Source: Sulfitobacter sp. (lineage in GTDB: Bacteria > Bdellovibrionota > Bacteriovoracia > Bacteriovoracales > Bacteriovoracaceae). From it: 64,000 bases of DNA. Shown here piece by piece: positions 1 through 8,781 of the stretch; position 1 is the stretch's first letter, and the number at the start of each line of letters is the position of its first letter. The stretch spans positions 135,108 to 199,107 of the forward strand of contig JBLHVN010000002.1 in NCBI GenBank assembly GCA_047630275.1. The letters are read 5' to 3'. The notes under the pieces were generated by a model, which searched no databases, had not been told where the DNA came from, and worked only from the letters and a program-made list of their open reading frames with translations. Position numbers and translations under genes: made by a program.

Positions 1-305
1 AGTTTCTTCTGTTCAAGGAGCTGGAGGACTTCTTCAATCTTCTCTCCATGAACTTCGATAAAATCATTCTTATAGGCTCCGCCTACTCCAAGAGACTTCT
101 TAATATCTTTAGCCAATTTCTTGCACCAAGATTTGTTATTAGGGAGCCCGGTAAGTTCGATAATGGTACGACCTTTTCCAGAAGTCATTCTTCTCACTAA
201 GATCTCAAGCCCAGCTTCATCAACCTCATTATCTACAGTTTTCTTAGGCTTCTTACGAAGATCCCCTTCTTCATCGGACCAAACTAAACGTGTATCATCA
301 TTCAT
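1..305 (-). CDS. yciH: Translation initiation factor SUI1/YciH family (3' end lies beyond the window)
   Basis: Not in the ORF track because it runs off the edge. Manual translation from the ATG at 305 gives MNDDTRLVWSDEEGDLRKKPKK..RRMTSGKGRTIIELTGLP..KKLAKDIKKSLGVGGAYKNDFIEVHGEK. This is colinear with E. coli YciH (RLVYST, TSGRKGKG, KKKCGCGGAVK..IEIQG). Confidence 0.8.
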   Translation of the reverse strand, partial: MNDDTRLVWSDEEGDLRKKPKKTVDNEVDEAGLEILVRRMTSGKGRTIIELTGLPNNKSWCKKLAKDIKKSLGVGGAYKNDFIEVHGEKIEEVLQLLEQKK

Positions 306-390
306 AAAACTATTTTACTCCGTTATCAGGGAAAGAAAAGGTAAGAATATCCCTATTCTAATAAATCCCTCATGGTGTCACAATTTAAGA

Positions 391-1146
391 ATGAAAAAAC
401 TTATCCTACTTGTGAGCCTTATTGGTGCCACGAACGCATTTTCAAGTTCTAGTCCTCTTCCCCCGTTTACAGAATTCTCTAAGACTTCTGATTTAGCCAG
501 TCCTGAAAAGCTTTGGGCCACTAATTATTATACGGAACTGAGAAGTAATAATTCTTATGGTCAGCTCTTTAGAGATAGAAGTGAATCTCCCCTTGAAGTT
601 GAAGGTGAGAAAGTAGGACTTTCAGATAAGTTCTTTTGCTACGCTGCTATGGAAGGAAGTGTGGCCCTTAAATTTAAGTCAGGAAAAACAGTTACCTTTA
701 ATTATAATGGTCGTGGCCGCAGACAGCTTGATTGCAGCATCTACTTTGGAGGCCGCTTCGGCTCAAGTGGAGAAGTAAAATTTAAAGTAGCCTACTCTAA
801 GTGGGGAGAAGGAGAGCAGGAAAGAGGTTACGCTCTCGTTCCTTATAGAACTATTGCCGTTGACTCAAGAGTGATTCCTTTTGGATCAGTTATCTATATT
901 CCAAAAGCTAGAGGCACTAAGATTAAACTTCCCACAGGAGAGACCTTTAAACACGATGGGTATTTCTTTGCTGGAGATCATGGCGGCGCTATTAAAGGCA
1001 ATCATATTGACGTCTTTACTGGAAACTTTAAAAAGCACCCCTTCCCTTGGATAAGAAGCAGCAGTTCAAAGACTTTTTCAAGCTACCTTGTTCGTGATAA
1101 AAAAATCATTGAGGGAATGACTAAGATTCATATGCAAAGGTACTAA
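391..1146 (+). CDS. Secreted 3D-domain (MltA/RlpA-like) cell-wall protein
   Basis: I chose the internal ATG at 391 (MKKLILLVSLIGATNAFS signal peptide). The track start at 121 overlaps yciH on the other strand. The C-terminus YRTIAVDSRVIPFGSVIYIP..GYFFAGDHGGAIKGNHIDVFTG matches the 3D-domain Asp pattern. Confidence 0.6.
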   Translation: MKKLILLVSLIGATNAFSSSSPLPPFTEFSKTSDLASPEKLWATNYYTELRSNNSYGQLFRDRSESPLEVEGEKVGLSDKFFCYAAMEGSVALKFKSGKTVTFNYNGRGRRQLDCSIYFGGRFGSSGEVKFKVAYSKWGEGEQERGYALVPYRTIAVDSRVIPFGSVIYIPKARGTKIKLPTGETFKHDGYFFAGDHGGAIKGNHIDVFTGNFKKHPFPWIRSSSSKTFSSYLVRDKKIIEGMTKIHMQRY

Positions 1147-1148
1147 GC

Positions 1149-1553
1149 TTAGTGCTTAACCTTTTGACGGGTCTTTTTAGTTTCACTTTTATTCTTCTTG
1201 GTTTTAATTCTTCTTTCAACTGACCCTCGGGTGGGCTTTGTGGCCACCCTTCTCTTTGGTGCTACTCTGACGGCATCTAGCATCTCATTGATCTTCTCAA
1301 CACAATCATCAATATTCCTAGCTTGAGAGCGGTACCTTTGAGAGACCATCTGAACGATTCCATTATCAAGGATCCGTCTCTTATAGCGCGCCTTAAACCT
1401 TTCCTTTACAGCTGATCCACAGGCAGTGCTCTTGGCGATATTCCACCTCATAGTAACCTTAGTATTTACCTTATTAACGTTCTGGCCGCCGGCCCCTGAA
1501 CTCCTTGAAAAACTGAATTCTAACTCCCCCATTGGGATCTTTCTCTTACTCAT
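1149..1553 (-). CDS. arfB: Alternative ribosome-rescue factor ArfB (peptidyl-tRNA hydrolase, YaeJ type)
   Basis: 134 aa with the GGQ motif (SSGAGGQNVNKVNTKV) and a basic C-terminal tail (KKNKSETKKTRQKVKH). Confidence 0.85.
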   Translation of the reverse strand: MSKRKIPMGELEFSFSRSSGAGGQNVNKVNTKVTMRWNIAKSTACGSAVKERFKARYKRRILDNGIVQMVSQRYRSQARNIDDCVEKINEMLDAVRVAPKRRVATKPTRGSVERRIKTKKNKSETKKTRQKVKH

Positions 1554-1605
1554 ATTATTCTATTCTACCTAGCCAATTAACAATGGCATAATCTCAGGTA
1601 AAGAT

Positions 1606-1632
1606 TAAAGCTTTAAACCGTGATTCCGATAA
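1606..1632 (+). promoter_or_regulatory. Sigma-28 (FliA)-type promoter
   Basis: TAAA (1606-1609), a 15-nt spacer, then tCCGATAA (1625-1632). This matches the consensus TAAA-N15-GCCGATAA and lies about 60 nt upstream of the 1691 start. Confidence 0.6.
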
Positions 1633-1690
1633 CTTAATAGCGCAACTTTTCTCAATCTAAAACCGTAATATGATCTACCACGGAGGAATT

Positions 1691-2119
1691 ATGAACCTAC
1701 TTAATCTATCAATCTGTTTTGCCTTACTTACAGGATCGGCTTTTGCCTCATCAAATAGAGAGGAAAAACGCTCTGCCCGAAAAGAGAACCGCCAAGAAAG
1801 AAGATCAGAGCGCCAAGCTAGCCGAAAGGAAAACCGCTCAGAGAAAAGATCCGAACGCCAAGCTTATCGAAAAGAGAGAAAGTCTGACCGTCAGGATTTT
1901 AGAAGCGAGCGAAAGTCAGATAGACAAGAGTTCAGAAAAGGAAACAGAGGCCTTAGCAGTGAAGAGCGTAAACAAAAACGAAAAGATTATAGAAGTGACC
2001 GTCAATCTGACCGTCAGGATTTTAGAGAAGATAGATCTTCTGATCGTCAGGACTTTAGGGCCCGCCGCCAAGAAAGAAGAAAGAAGAGAAGGGAGCAAAA
2101 TAGTGGTTCTTCAGAATAA
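1691..2119 (+). CDS. Secreted, highly charged repeat protein (R/E/K/S/D/Q low complexity)
   Basis: GGAGGA lies 5 nt before the ATG at 1691. Signal peptide MNLLNLSICFALLTGSAFA, followed by reiterated RSERQA / KSDRQDFR / SSDRQDFR units. Confidence 0.6.
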   Translation: MNLLNLSICFALLTGSAFASSNREEKRSARKENRQERRSERQASRKENRSEKRSERQAYRKERKSDRQDFRSERKSDRQEFRKGNRGLSSEERKQKRKDYRSDRQSDRQDFREDRSSDRQDFRARRQERRKKRREQNSGSSE

Positions 2120-2186
2120 CCAACTTAGTTTGTTTGCCTAATTTTTCTGCCTAAAAATAAATCAGATAAGTAGTTAAAATAGAGTA

Positions 2187-2954
2187 ATGAAAAACTTACT
2201 CTATTTTACTTTGCTTATCTCCCTTCCCTCATTCTCCGCTGAGTTCAAGTCTTGGAAAGAGCTTCAAGCTAGGCTCGAAAAAGCTGGTGGAGATATCAAA
2301 ATGATGAAGCATATGAAATGCTTTATGGAAAAAGGGATTGAGAGAAGCTTCGAATTTAAAAAGCCTTCAAGTAGCTCTTATGAGAACAGGTGCTATAAGA
2401 AAAGCCAATACGATATCGGAAACAAGAAAACCTTCGCCCTCATAGATTACACAAAACCAAGTGGTGATAACCGCTTCTTTATTGTTGATAGAGAAACTGG
2501 AGCTGTCACAAAGATGGCTGTTGCCCATGGAAGATACAAATCTGGTTATTTAAGAAGGTTTACTAAGAATAAGCATAACTCAGTTAGAAAATCTAAATAC
2601 TTTTCAAATCAAAAAGGTTCTAACGCTCCAGCTAGTGGATTTTATCTAGCAGGCCAACAGTACTTTGGAAAATGGGAAAAGAGCTTAATCCTTAACGGCT
2701 TAGAAAAAGATGTTAATGACAACGCTTGCGAAAGGGCCGTAGTCATTCATGGACATAAGATGGTTTCTCAAAACAAGGTCTACACCATGAGTAGTGGTTG
2801 TCCTATGATCACGAAAAAGAATGTTGATAAGGTTGTTGGCCTTCTTAAAGGTTCAGGAGATATCTCTAGAGGCTTAGAGAAGTCTGGCTCTGTAGTCTTT
2901 ATCTATGGACCTAGAGAGAAGAAATGGGCCAATGATTATTGCGGCGAGATCTAA
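2187..2954 (+). CDS. L,D-transpeptidase catalytic-domain family protein (YkuD_2-like)
   Basis: Has a signal peptide. FALIDYTKPSGDNRFFIVDRETG..VAHGRYKSG and VVIHGH..SSGCPMI resemble the YkuD_2 His / Ser-Gly-Cys catalytic pattern. Confidence 0.6.
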   Translation: MKNLLYFTLLISLPSFSAEFKSWKELQARLEKAGGDIKMMKHMKCFMEKGIERSFEFKKPSSSSYENRCYKKSQYDIGNKKTFALIDYTKPSGDNRFFIVDRETGAVTKMAVAHGRYKSGYLRRFTKNKHNSVRKSKYFSNQKGSNAPASGFYLAGQQYFGKWEKSLILNGLEKDVNDNACERAVVIHGHKMVSQNKVYTMSSGCPMITKKNVDKVVGLLKGSGDISRGLEKSGSVVFIYGPREKKWANDYCGEI

Positions 2955-3244
2955 AGACTAGTTGAGGGGCAATCTCCATTTTGGATAAACTGAGCCCCTT
3001 CTTTTTTCATTTCACATTCATTTATATAAGTCTTTGGGTTGGGCATGACCTGAGCGCAGAGCATTCCTTCTGGGCAAACCGGCATGGGCGGCTGAGCACA
3101 AACGGAGCCACTCTCTTCAGAACAATTCTGAACTACGAAATCATTGGTATCAGCTCCTTCAAAAGAAGTTCTTCTACTTGTTAGGTCTTGTCCACAAGAG
3201 GCTAAGATGAGTGAAAATAGAGCGCTTAAAATAAGGATTCTCAT
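2951..3244 (-). CDS. Small secreted Cys-rich protein, Kazal-like C-terminus
   Basis: Signal/lipobox MRILILSALFSLILASC. The segment C-x7-C-x5-C..PKTYINEC..NGDC resembles the Kazal TY-x-N-x-C core, but the Cys spacing is not canonical. Confidence 0.4.
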   Translation of the reverse strand: MRILILSALFSLILASCGQDLTSRRTSFEGADTNDFVVQNCSEESGSVCAQPPMPVCPEGMLCAQVMPNPKTYINECEMKKEGAQFIQNGDCPSTSL

Positions 3245-3251
3245 ACTTAAC

Positions 3252-3279
3252 TTATCGGATATGAGTCCGAGAGCTTTAG
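3252..3279 (-). promoter_or_regulatory. Sigma-28 (FliA)-type promoter, probably giving a leaderless or near-leaderless mRNA
   Basis: The minus strand reads CTAAA-gctctcggactcata-tCCGATAA-gttaagt-ATG. That is TAAA-N15-tCCGATAA, with the -10 element ending 7 nt before the ATG at 3244. Confidence 0.6.
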
Positions 3280-3283
3280 CGCT

Positions 3284-3607
3284 CTAACCTATTAGAATAA
3301 AAGTACTAAAGGTGAGAACAAAGGCTGCAATAAAGGCAACTCCCCTTCCGGTCATCTTCTTATCGATATAATCAATAACTTCAGAATCTGAAGGAACACG
3401 CCCAATCTTTTTTTGAAGCAGTCCTCTCGCATGGGGCTTTAGGTTCTTTTTATAGTTTTCATCTTGAAAGAAGATGATTCTGATGACAATCAAGATCCCT
3501 ATAAAGAAAAAATGAAGGTGGGGAACCTCCCACGGAAAATAGAGCTTCATTAAAGCTAAGGGAACAGCCGAGACCATGATAAGAAAGAGGAAGAGCTTAA
3601 TATTCAT
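3284..3607 (-). CDS. Small integral membrane protein
   Basis: 107 aa with three hydrophobic segments. Its start abuts the stop of the upstream gene at 3607. Confidence 0.45.
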   Translation of the reverse strand: MNIKLFLFLIMVSAVPLALMKLYFPWEVPHLHFFFIGILIVIRIIFFQDENYKKNLKPHARGLLQKKIGRVPSDSEVIDYIDKKMTGRGVAFIAAFVLTFSTFILIG

Positions 3608-4533
3608 TAATACTTACCGTAGAATGAGAAGATCTTTTGGTCTTTCAGATAACTTTCTTTATATGTTTTTACTAAGAATCCAATCAAGACAATAAGGCTT
3701 TCAAAGCTAAGTTTATTATCATAAAAAGCTTTTATATTATCGTGGAGGTATTTTTTATCCCCCCCTTCTAGGTTTGTTTTAAAGTAGCCTGCGAGATGTT
3801 CAGCAACATTTGTTCGGTTCTTTGTTGTGATAGATTTTTTAAAAGCTGTACCGAATAAGTACTCTCCATACTCTTTGTACTTCTTAGAAAAATTAGTCTT
3901 AGTCACTCCTGCACAGATGCCCCCTAACTTTTTAACATGAACAGCGCCGTACTGATAAAGATAGTACTTATAAACTTCATGAAACTTAACCAGGGCCTTT
4001 GGCTCTTTAGGTAGCTCAGTAAATTCTTGATGAGTAAAGACTTGAGTCCTAAAGGTCTCACGAAGATGATCATCGTAAAGACGACCACTATCAATAATAG
4101 GGGTTAGTGGAAATTCTTTTTCTAAATGAGCTGCCCAAAGCCCTCTTTCTTTCTTAGTGGGGATTCCTGTTTTTTCATTATAAACCTTAACAGGATCATA
4201 GCCACAACTTGGAGAATTTCTCGTCAGGACAATCCCAGAGGCTTTTTCAATTCCCTTGGTATGGGTCTTAAAAGTTTTGAGGGCCAATTTGGTATGATCA
4301 ATAGAGGAATCTTTTGTATCCACTAAATGAGTAACTCCATCTTTATCCATCAACCTAATGGTCGGTCTTGGAATCCCAAGCCCCATGGCCACTTCAGGAC
4401 AAAAGGAAAGATACTCAAAGATCTTATCAAGTTCATGGACAACGTGAGGGTGTCTTTTATGTTGGCCATCATAGCGGATGGCCTCTCCAACAAGACAACC
4501 GCTAATAGCGACTATAGGCTTTTTTCTTTTCAT
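3607..4533 (-). CDS. DUF523 (TudS-like) plus DUF1722 (YbgA-like) fusion protein
   Basis: The N-terminus AISGCLVGEAIRYDG..NSPSCG is the DUF523 Cys pattern. The C-terminal half (FHEVYKYYLYQY..HLAGYFK) is YbgA/DUF1722-like. Confidence 0.65.
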   Translation of the reverse strand: MKRKKPIVAISGCLVGEAIRYDGQHKRHPHVVHELDKIFEYLSFCPEVAMGLGIPRPTIRLMDKDGVTHLVDTKDSSIDHTKLALKTFKTHTKGIEKASGIVLTRNSPSCGYDPVKVYNEKTGIPTKKERGLWAAHLEKEFPLTPIIDSGRLYDDHLRETFRTQVFTHQEFTELPKEPKALVKFHEVYKYYLYQYGAVHVKKLGGICAGVTKTNFSKKYKEYGEYLFGTAFKKSITTKNRTNVAEHLAGYFKTNLEGGDKKYLHDNIKAFYDNKLSFESLIVLIGFLVKTYKESYLKDQKIFSFYGKY

Positions 4534-4652
4534 CCTGCTAGACTAACCTAAATTCTTCAGATCATAAACCATTCTCCCCTAGACATTGGCCCTTCAAGGG
4601 GAATTCTTCCCTTTAGTTGCATAATATACTTAACAAAAGGATAATAATATTA

Positions 4653-5408
4653 ATGAAAAAGACCTTATTTCTGATCCTATTTCTCAGTGGAGCTGCCCTG
4701 GCCAATTCGGTGATTCCCGTAACACCATCTAAAGGCCTAGACAAAGACTTCAGCCTCAGGGCTTTTTACAATTGGTCTAAGATTAATTGGATGCTTGAAC
4801 TCAATAATACCTCCCGTGAAAATGAAGATAATCTCAAGGCCTATAGTCTCGGAGCCAAGTACCGAGTTCATAAGAATTTAAAATTGGGCGCAACTATCAG
4901 CCGCCAATTTGGAAACCGTCACGACGATGACTGGATTAAAGATGGCATTTGGAAGTGGACAGACACTTCAAGAAGAGGTGAAACCTTTAGTTTTATCGAT
5001 ATCATTCCAAGGACACTCTTGAGTTTTCTTCCAGGAGAAAGGTGGGTTGGAGAATTCAGAATCCGTTATGCTCGTAATTTCTTTAATTCTCAAAACACAA
5101 TAAAGCTAAGACCTAGGCTGACCTACTTTCATTTTAATGAAAAAGGGCCTTTGTTTAATGTTTTTCTACAATACGAAGCCTACCTGCCTTTAAATTATGG
5201 AACCAAGTCCATCTATGAAAAATGGGCCTACCTGGGCTTTCTCTACCACTTCAATAAATGGTTTAAACCAGGATTATTTGTGGCGCAAAAAAGCCTTACT
5301 TGGGGCTCTTCTGGGACGGCCACTAGGCTTGTTCCTTCAAAGCCTTATGAAGTTACACACAAGGCCAATGTCGTGGGATTTAACATGATTTTTAAAATTC
5401 CCGATTAG
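4653..5408 (+). CDS. Hypothetical secreted protein, possible outer-membrane beta-barrel
   Basis: The ATG at 4653 gives MKKTLFLILFLSGAALA. The sequence is aromatic-rich with alternating hydrophobicity and ends in a C-terminal F-x-I-x-x. I recognise no family. Confidence 0.45.
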   Translation: MKKTLFLILFLSGAALANSVIPVTPSKGLDKDFSLRAFYNWSKINWMLELNNTSRENEDNLKAYSLGAKYRVHKNLKLGATISRQFGNRHDDDWIKDGIWKWTDTSRRGETFSFIDIIPRTLLSFLPGERWVGEFRIRYARNFFNSQNTIKLRPRLTYFHFNEKGPLFNVFLQYEAYLPLNYGTKSIYEKWAYLGFLYHFNKWFKPGLFVAQKSLTWGSSGTATRLVPSKPYEVTHKANVVGFNMIFKIPD

Positions 5409-5434
5409 GTATAACTCCTGTACAGTACCTTCCT

Positions 5435-6007
5435 ATGACTTATCAAAAGAAAATCACGAAAGACGAGATCAATGAACTCCCCATGCTTAAATTTGAAGGT
5501 GAGATCAAGTTAATAACCAATCAAAAAGATGCCATTGCTGCTGTTCAGGTACTCAAAAAAGAAACTGTTCTTGGCTTTGACACTGAAACTAGACCTTCTT
5601 TTAAAAAAGGTGAAGTTTACGATGTCTCTCTCCTTCAACTTTCTAATGCCAATGACTCATTCCTCTTTAGGCTTAATAAATTCAATTTCCCACAAGAACT
5701 TGCAGACCTCTTAGCAGATCCTAAGATTATAAAAACTGGTGTCGCCATTAGAGATGACGTTATAGCCCTTCAAAAACTTCATCCCTTTGAAGAAGCAGGA
5801 TTCTTTGAATTAGCCGATGAGGCAAAAAAACAAAGATATGAGAACTTTGGGTTGAGGGCCTTAACGGCGATCTTTCTCAGACAAAGACTTTCTAAGAAGG
5901 CTAAGATCACAAACTGGGAACAAGCAAGGCTTACTAGAGCTCAATTAGAATATGCGGCGCTAGACAGTTGGGTTGGCCTTCAGATCTATCACAAGATTAA
6001 GAAGTAA
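5435..6007 (+). CDS. 3'-5' exonuclease domain protein (RNase D-like, DEDDy)
   Basis: Exo motifs LGFDTETRP, IKTGVAIRDDV and YAALDSWV are present. Confidence 0.8.
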   Translation: MTYQKKITKDEINELPMLKFEGEIKLITNQKDAIAAVQVLKKETVLGFDTETRPSFKKGEVYDVSLLQLSNANDSFLFRLNKFNFPQELADLLADPKIIKTGVAIRDDVIALQKLHPFEEAGFFELADEAKKQRYENFGLRALTAIFLRQRLSKKAKITNWEQARLTRAQLEYAALDSWVGLQIYHKIKK

Positions 6008-6281
6008 TCTCATTAACGATAAACTCTAAGTCTTTCATCTCTTCTTCAAGGGCAAATCCTGGGCTCTTCTTAACTTCTTCTAGAAACTTTTCCTTTAATT
6101 CAAGAGCTAGGGATTTAAGCTTATAGTTTCCGCCTTCTGAAACAGACTCAATCTTTCTCATGCGAAGTTCATCAAGGTAGAGAAAGTAAGTATCTTTATC
6201 CCCACTATTATAACAATTAGCTTCCATCAATTCGATGAAATCCCATAAACTCATTTTCTTAAAACGGCGGATTGTTTCCAT
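5997..6281 (-). CDS. Hypothetical protein
   Basis: 94-aa ORF, acidic and helical, with no recognisable motif. Confidence 0.35.
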   Translation of the reverse strand: METIRRFKKMSLWDFIELMEANCYNSGDKDTYFLYLDELRMRKIESVSEGGNYKLKSLALELKEKFLEEVKKSPGFALEEEMKDLEFIVNEITS

Positions 6282-6354
6282 AAATTAAAGGTAGCAATGA
6301 GGGATTAGCTTGTCTAGGTAAGCCATCCCCACTGAAACGAGGAAAGAGGCGAGA

Positions 6355-7581
6355 TCAAAGAACTTCTAAGATCTCATCACTGTGCTGATTGGCCATGATC
6401 AAAAAGCTAACAAAGGCATCAGCAATATCATCTTCAATCTTCTCAACTCTTTGAGGATTCAAAAGATTCTTCTTATTATTAATATACTCCATCATCCCAC
6501 GATAGATATCACCATCAGACTTCTTCCCTATAAGGCGGTCCATCCTAAAGGCCACTTCTTGAAGATCGCTATTCTCATGGTTTCTAAAGAAATTTGAGAT
6601 CCCTGCTTGTAGAACTCTTCTAGGCTTTCTATTAATACCAAAGCCACTTCTTCCTGAACCAGTTGGGCTTAGGGCCCAGTGCTCTTTAATAGAAGCTTCA
6701 ACAAGTCCTTCCTCAAGCATCATACGCCCTGACTTAACATTGAAAAAAGAAAGAAAGGTAGCTTCAGTCATGTCATTTCCCCAAGGAGCTGACCAAGGAC
6801 TAAGACCTCTCATTAATTGCCTTCTTAGCTCTGCCGTATAAACAGTAATATAATCTGTAAGAACCGCTTCTCCGTATTTATTAAAACTTGGGTCATCATA
6901 AATAGAAACATCCGTATCAACTAAGAATTTAATAATGGCGCTAAAGAACTGGGCATGATCATTATCGTATTTAAGAAAAGATTCAAGTTGCCTAAGATAC
7001 ATAAGATGAGACGCATCGTTAGCGTTGTGTAGAGTAGTAGCTCCATAACTTCTTCCTGACCTTACTTCTGGGGCAAAGTAGCCAATATTATAAAAGTAAT
7101 TATCTTTGTTAATGCGAATAAGTGTTCCAGCGCCTGAGGCGATGGCCATGAATTGCCCAAGAGAATATTTGTCACCTCTGATATCCATAAGAGAAAGCAC
7201 ATTTCCAACCTGATCAGAAACAGTTTCAGGAGTGAAGCTCCTCTCTACTTCCTTAAGTTTCTTAGTGAAGTCACGAAGCTTTGATTTATCAAAATCAAAC
7301 ATTCTCAAGATACGGTTCTTATTTTTCTTATCAAAGTTATCAATGGCGTAATCCACTTGCTCAATCGTCGCAAATTCATAAGTATCAATATAGTCAGCGT
7401 CAAAGGCGCTTACGATTCCTTCCCCTTCGTAGATCATCGTCTGTAAAAAGGAGATCCCGGTAAAATCTGATAGGCTGATTTCATACCTAGACTGAATCGC
7501 TAATGGAGTAGCAAAGACCCCAGTTGATAAGAAGATTAAAGTTAAGATTAAAGTTTTCTTTGCCTGTGTGAATAGCTTCAT
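6355..7581 (-). CDS. Hypothetical secreted protein
   Basis: 408 aa with signal peptide MKLFTQAKKTLILTLIFLSTGVFA. No recognisable domain. Confidence 0.55.
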   Translation of the reverse strand: MKLFTQAKKTLILTLIFLSTGVFATPLAIQSRYEISLSDFTGISFLQTMIYEGEGIVSAFDADYIDTYEFATIEQVDYAIDNFDKKNKNRILRMFDFDKSKLRDFTKKLKEVERSFTPETVSDQVGNVLSLMDIRGDKYSLGQFMAIASGAGTLIRINKDNYFYNIGYFAPEVRSGRSYGATTLHNANDASHLMYLRQLESFLKYDNDHAQFFSAIIKFLVDTDVSIYDDPSFNKYGEAVLTDYITVYTAELRRQLMRGLSPWSAPWGNDMTEATFLSFFNVKSGRMMLEEGLVEASIKEHWALSPTGSGRSGFGINRKPRRVLQAGISNFFRNHENSDLQEVAFRMDRLIGKKSDGDIYRGMMEYINNKKNLLNPQRVEKIEDDIADAFVSFLIMANQHSDEILEVL

Positions 7582-7808
7582 TTTTCCCCCGCTTAAGTTA
7601 GGGCTTTAGTATCCCAAGGAATAACTGTCATCAATTAGAATGGAAAAATGAATCCTATCTAATTATAAGATAGAATCTTATTAAGACGAGACCCTGTCGA
7701 AGAGGTTTAAAGTGATTCTAAAGACTTGACGCTCTGCTTGGTAATAAAACTGAGACTTTCGCTTTTAGGCCGGATAAGATTTCTCAATATTTTAACTTAG
7801 GAGAGAAA

Positions 7809-8240
7809 ATGAAGAACTTAATCATAGCCCTATTATTTCTAGGTCCTGTTTCTGCCATGGCCTGTGCTAACTTCGCTGGTAACTTTACCTGTACTGAAGT
7901 TGGAGACAACTACACTTACAACCTAACAGTTCAGCAAAATGGAAATGCTTTTACAATAACTGATGATGACGGATCTGAAGAGTTCATCGCTGACGGAAAT
8001 AGAAGATCAATTCCTAATGATACAAATATGAGAAATGCTTCTTATGTGGCCACATGCCAAGGACAAAGTGTCGTTCTTCAAATGACTGGAGAAATCTTTG
8101 ATGACCAAACGGGACAGAGTTTTCCTTTCCAAGCGGATATGAATCATCAGAATGTTAACCGTAACCACGTCACTCAAACCACAGTGACTCAAGTCTTAGG
8201 GCAAACGACGACGACGACAACTCAGTGCCGTCGTAATTAA
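7809..8240 (+). CDS. Small secreted protein
   Basis: AGGAGAG RBS. Signal peptide MKNLIIALLFLGPVSAMA, four Cys residues and a C-terminal Thr run. Confidence 0.55.
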   Translation: MKNLIIALLFLGPVSAMACANFAGNFTCTEVGDNYTYNLTVQQNGNAFTITDDDGSEEFIADGNRRSIPNDTNMRNASYVATCQGQSVVLQMTGEIFDDQTGQSFPFQADMNHQNVNRNHVTQTTVTQVLGQTTTTTTQCRRN

Positions 8241-8244
8241 GCTC

Positions 8245-8781
8245 TTAAACTTTCTTTAAGAAATTTGAAACCAAAACAATTCGTTGGCCGTTTACTCGGC
8301 CTTCGATATGTTCTGGATTATCAGTCAAAGCAATACCTTTGACTAAAGTCCCTCTCTTGGCCGTAAAGCCTCCGCCTTTCACTACTAAGTCTTTAATCAA
8401 AGTAACAGAATCCCCGGCCTGAAGTCGGGCACCATTACTATCTTTACAGATAACTGAGTTTGAATCTTCATCAGCCTTGGCCCATTTAAGACCCTCTTCT
8501 TCAAGGTAGAGCTGCTCAAGACGGTCTTGATCTGAAAGGGATCTTAAAACCCTATAGGCCAAGACCTGAACAGGAAGGTGCTCACTCCACATTGAATCAT
8601 TGAGGCAGTGCCAGTGGTTCGTATCATAGTTTCCTGAATCAATTTGATCCTTACAGACTTTGCACAGATGAACTGAGCCGTTAACCCCAGGTTCAGGAGC
8701 ATGGCTTAGTTCAAAGATACTAAGCCCTGCATCAGAACTACAAAGCTCACAAATATTTCCGCTTCTTGCTTCAACACTCAT
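8245..8781 (-). CDS. phnA: PhnA/YjdM family zinc-ribbon protein
   Basis: N-terminal CELC..CKVC zinc ribbon. The C-terminus DSNGARLQAGDSVTLIKDLVVKGGGFTAKRGTLVKGI..IEGRVNGQRIVLVSNFLKK is typical PhnA. Its start abuts the icd stop. Confidence 0.85.
   Translation of the reverse strand: MSVEARSGNICELCSSDAGLSIFELSHAPEPGVNGSVHLCKVCKDQIDSGNYDTNHWHCLNDSMWSEHLPVQVLAYRVLRSLSDQDRLEQLYLEEEGLKWAKADEDSNSVICKDSNGARLQAGDSVTLIKDLVVKGGGFTAKRGTLVKGIALTDNPEHIEGRVNGQRIVLVSNFLKKV

Noticed and set aside
121-390. The 5' extension of the 3D-domain ORF (track start at 121).
   Set aside because: The extension overlaps the yciH coding region on the opposite strand and has no signal peptide. The internal ATG at 391 gives a canonical signal peptide.
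1719-2141. Alternative-frame ORF (140 aa) and antisense ORF (1916..2098) over the charged-repeat gene.
   Set aside because: The frame starting at 1691 has GGAGGA at optimal spacing and a signal peptide. The others are by-products of the purine-rich repeats.
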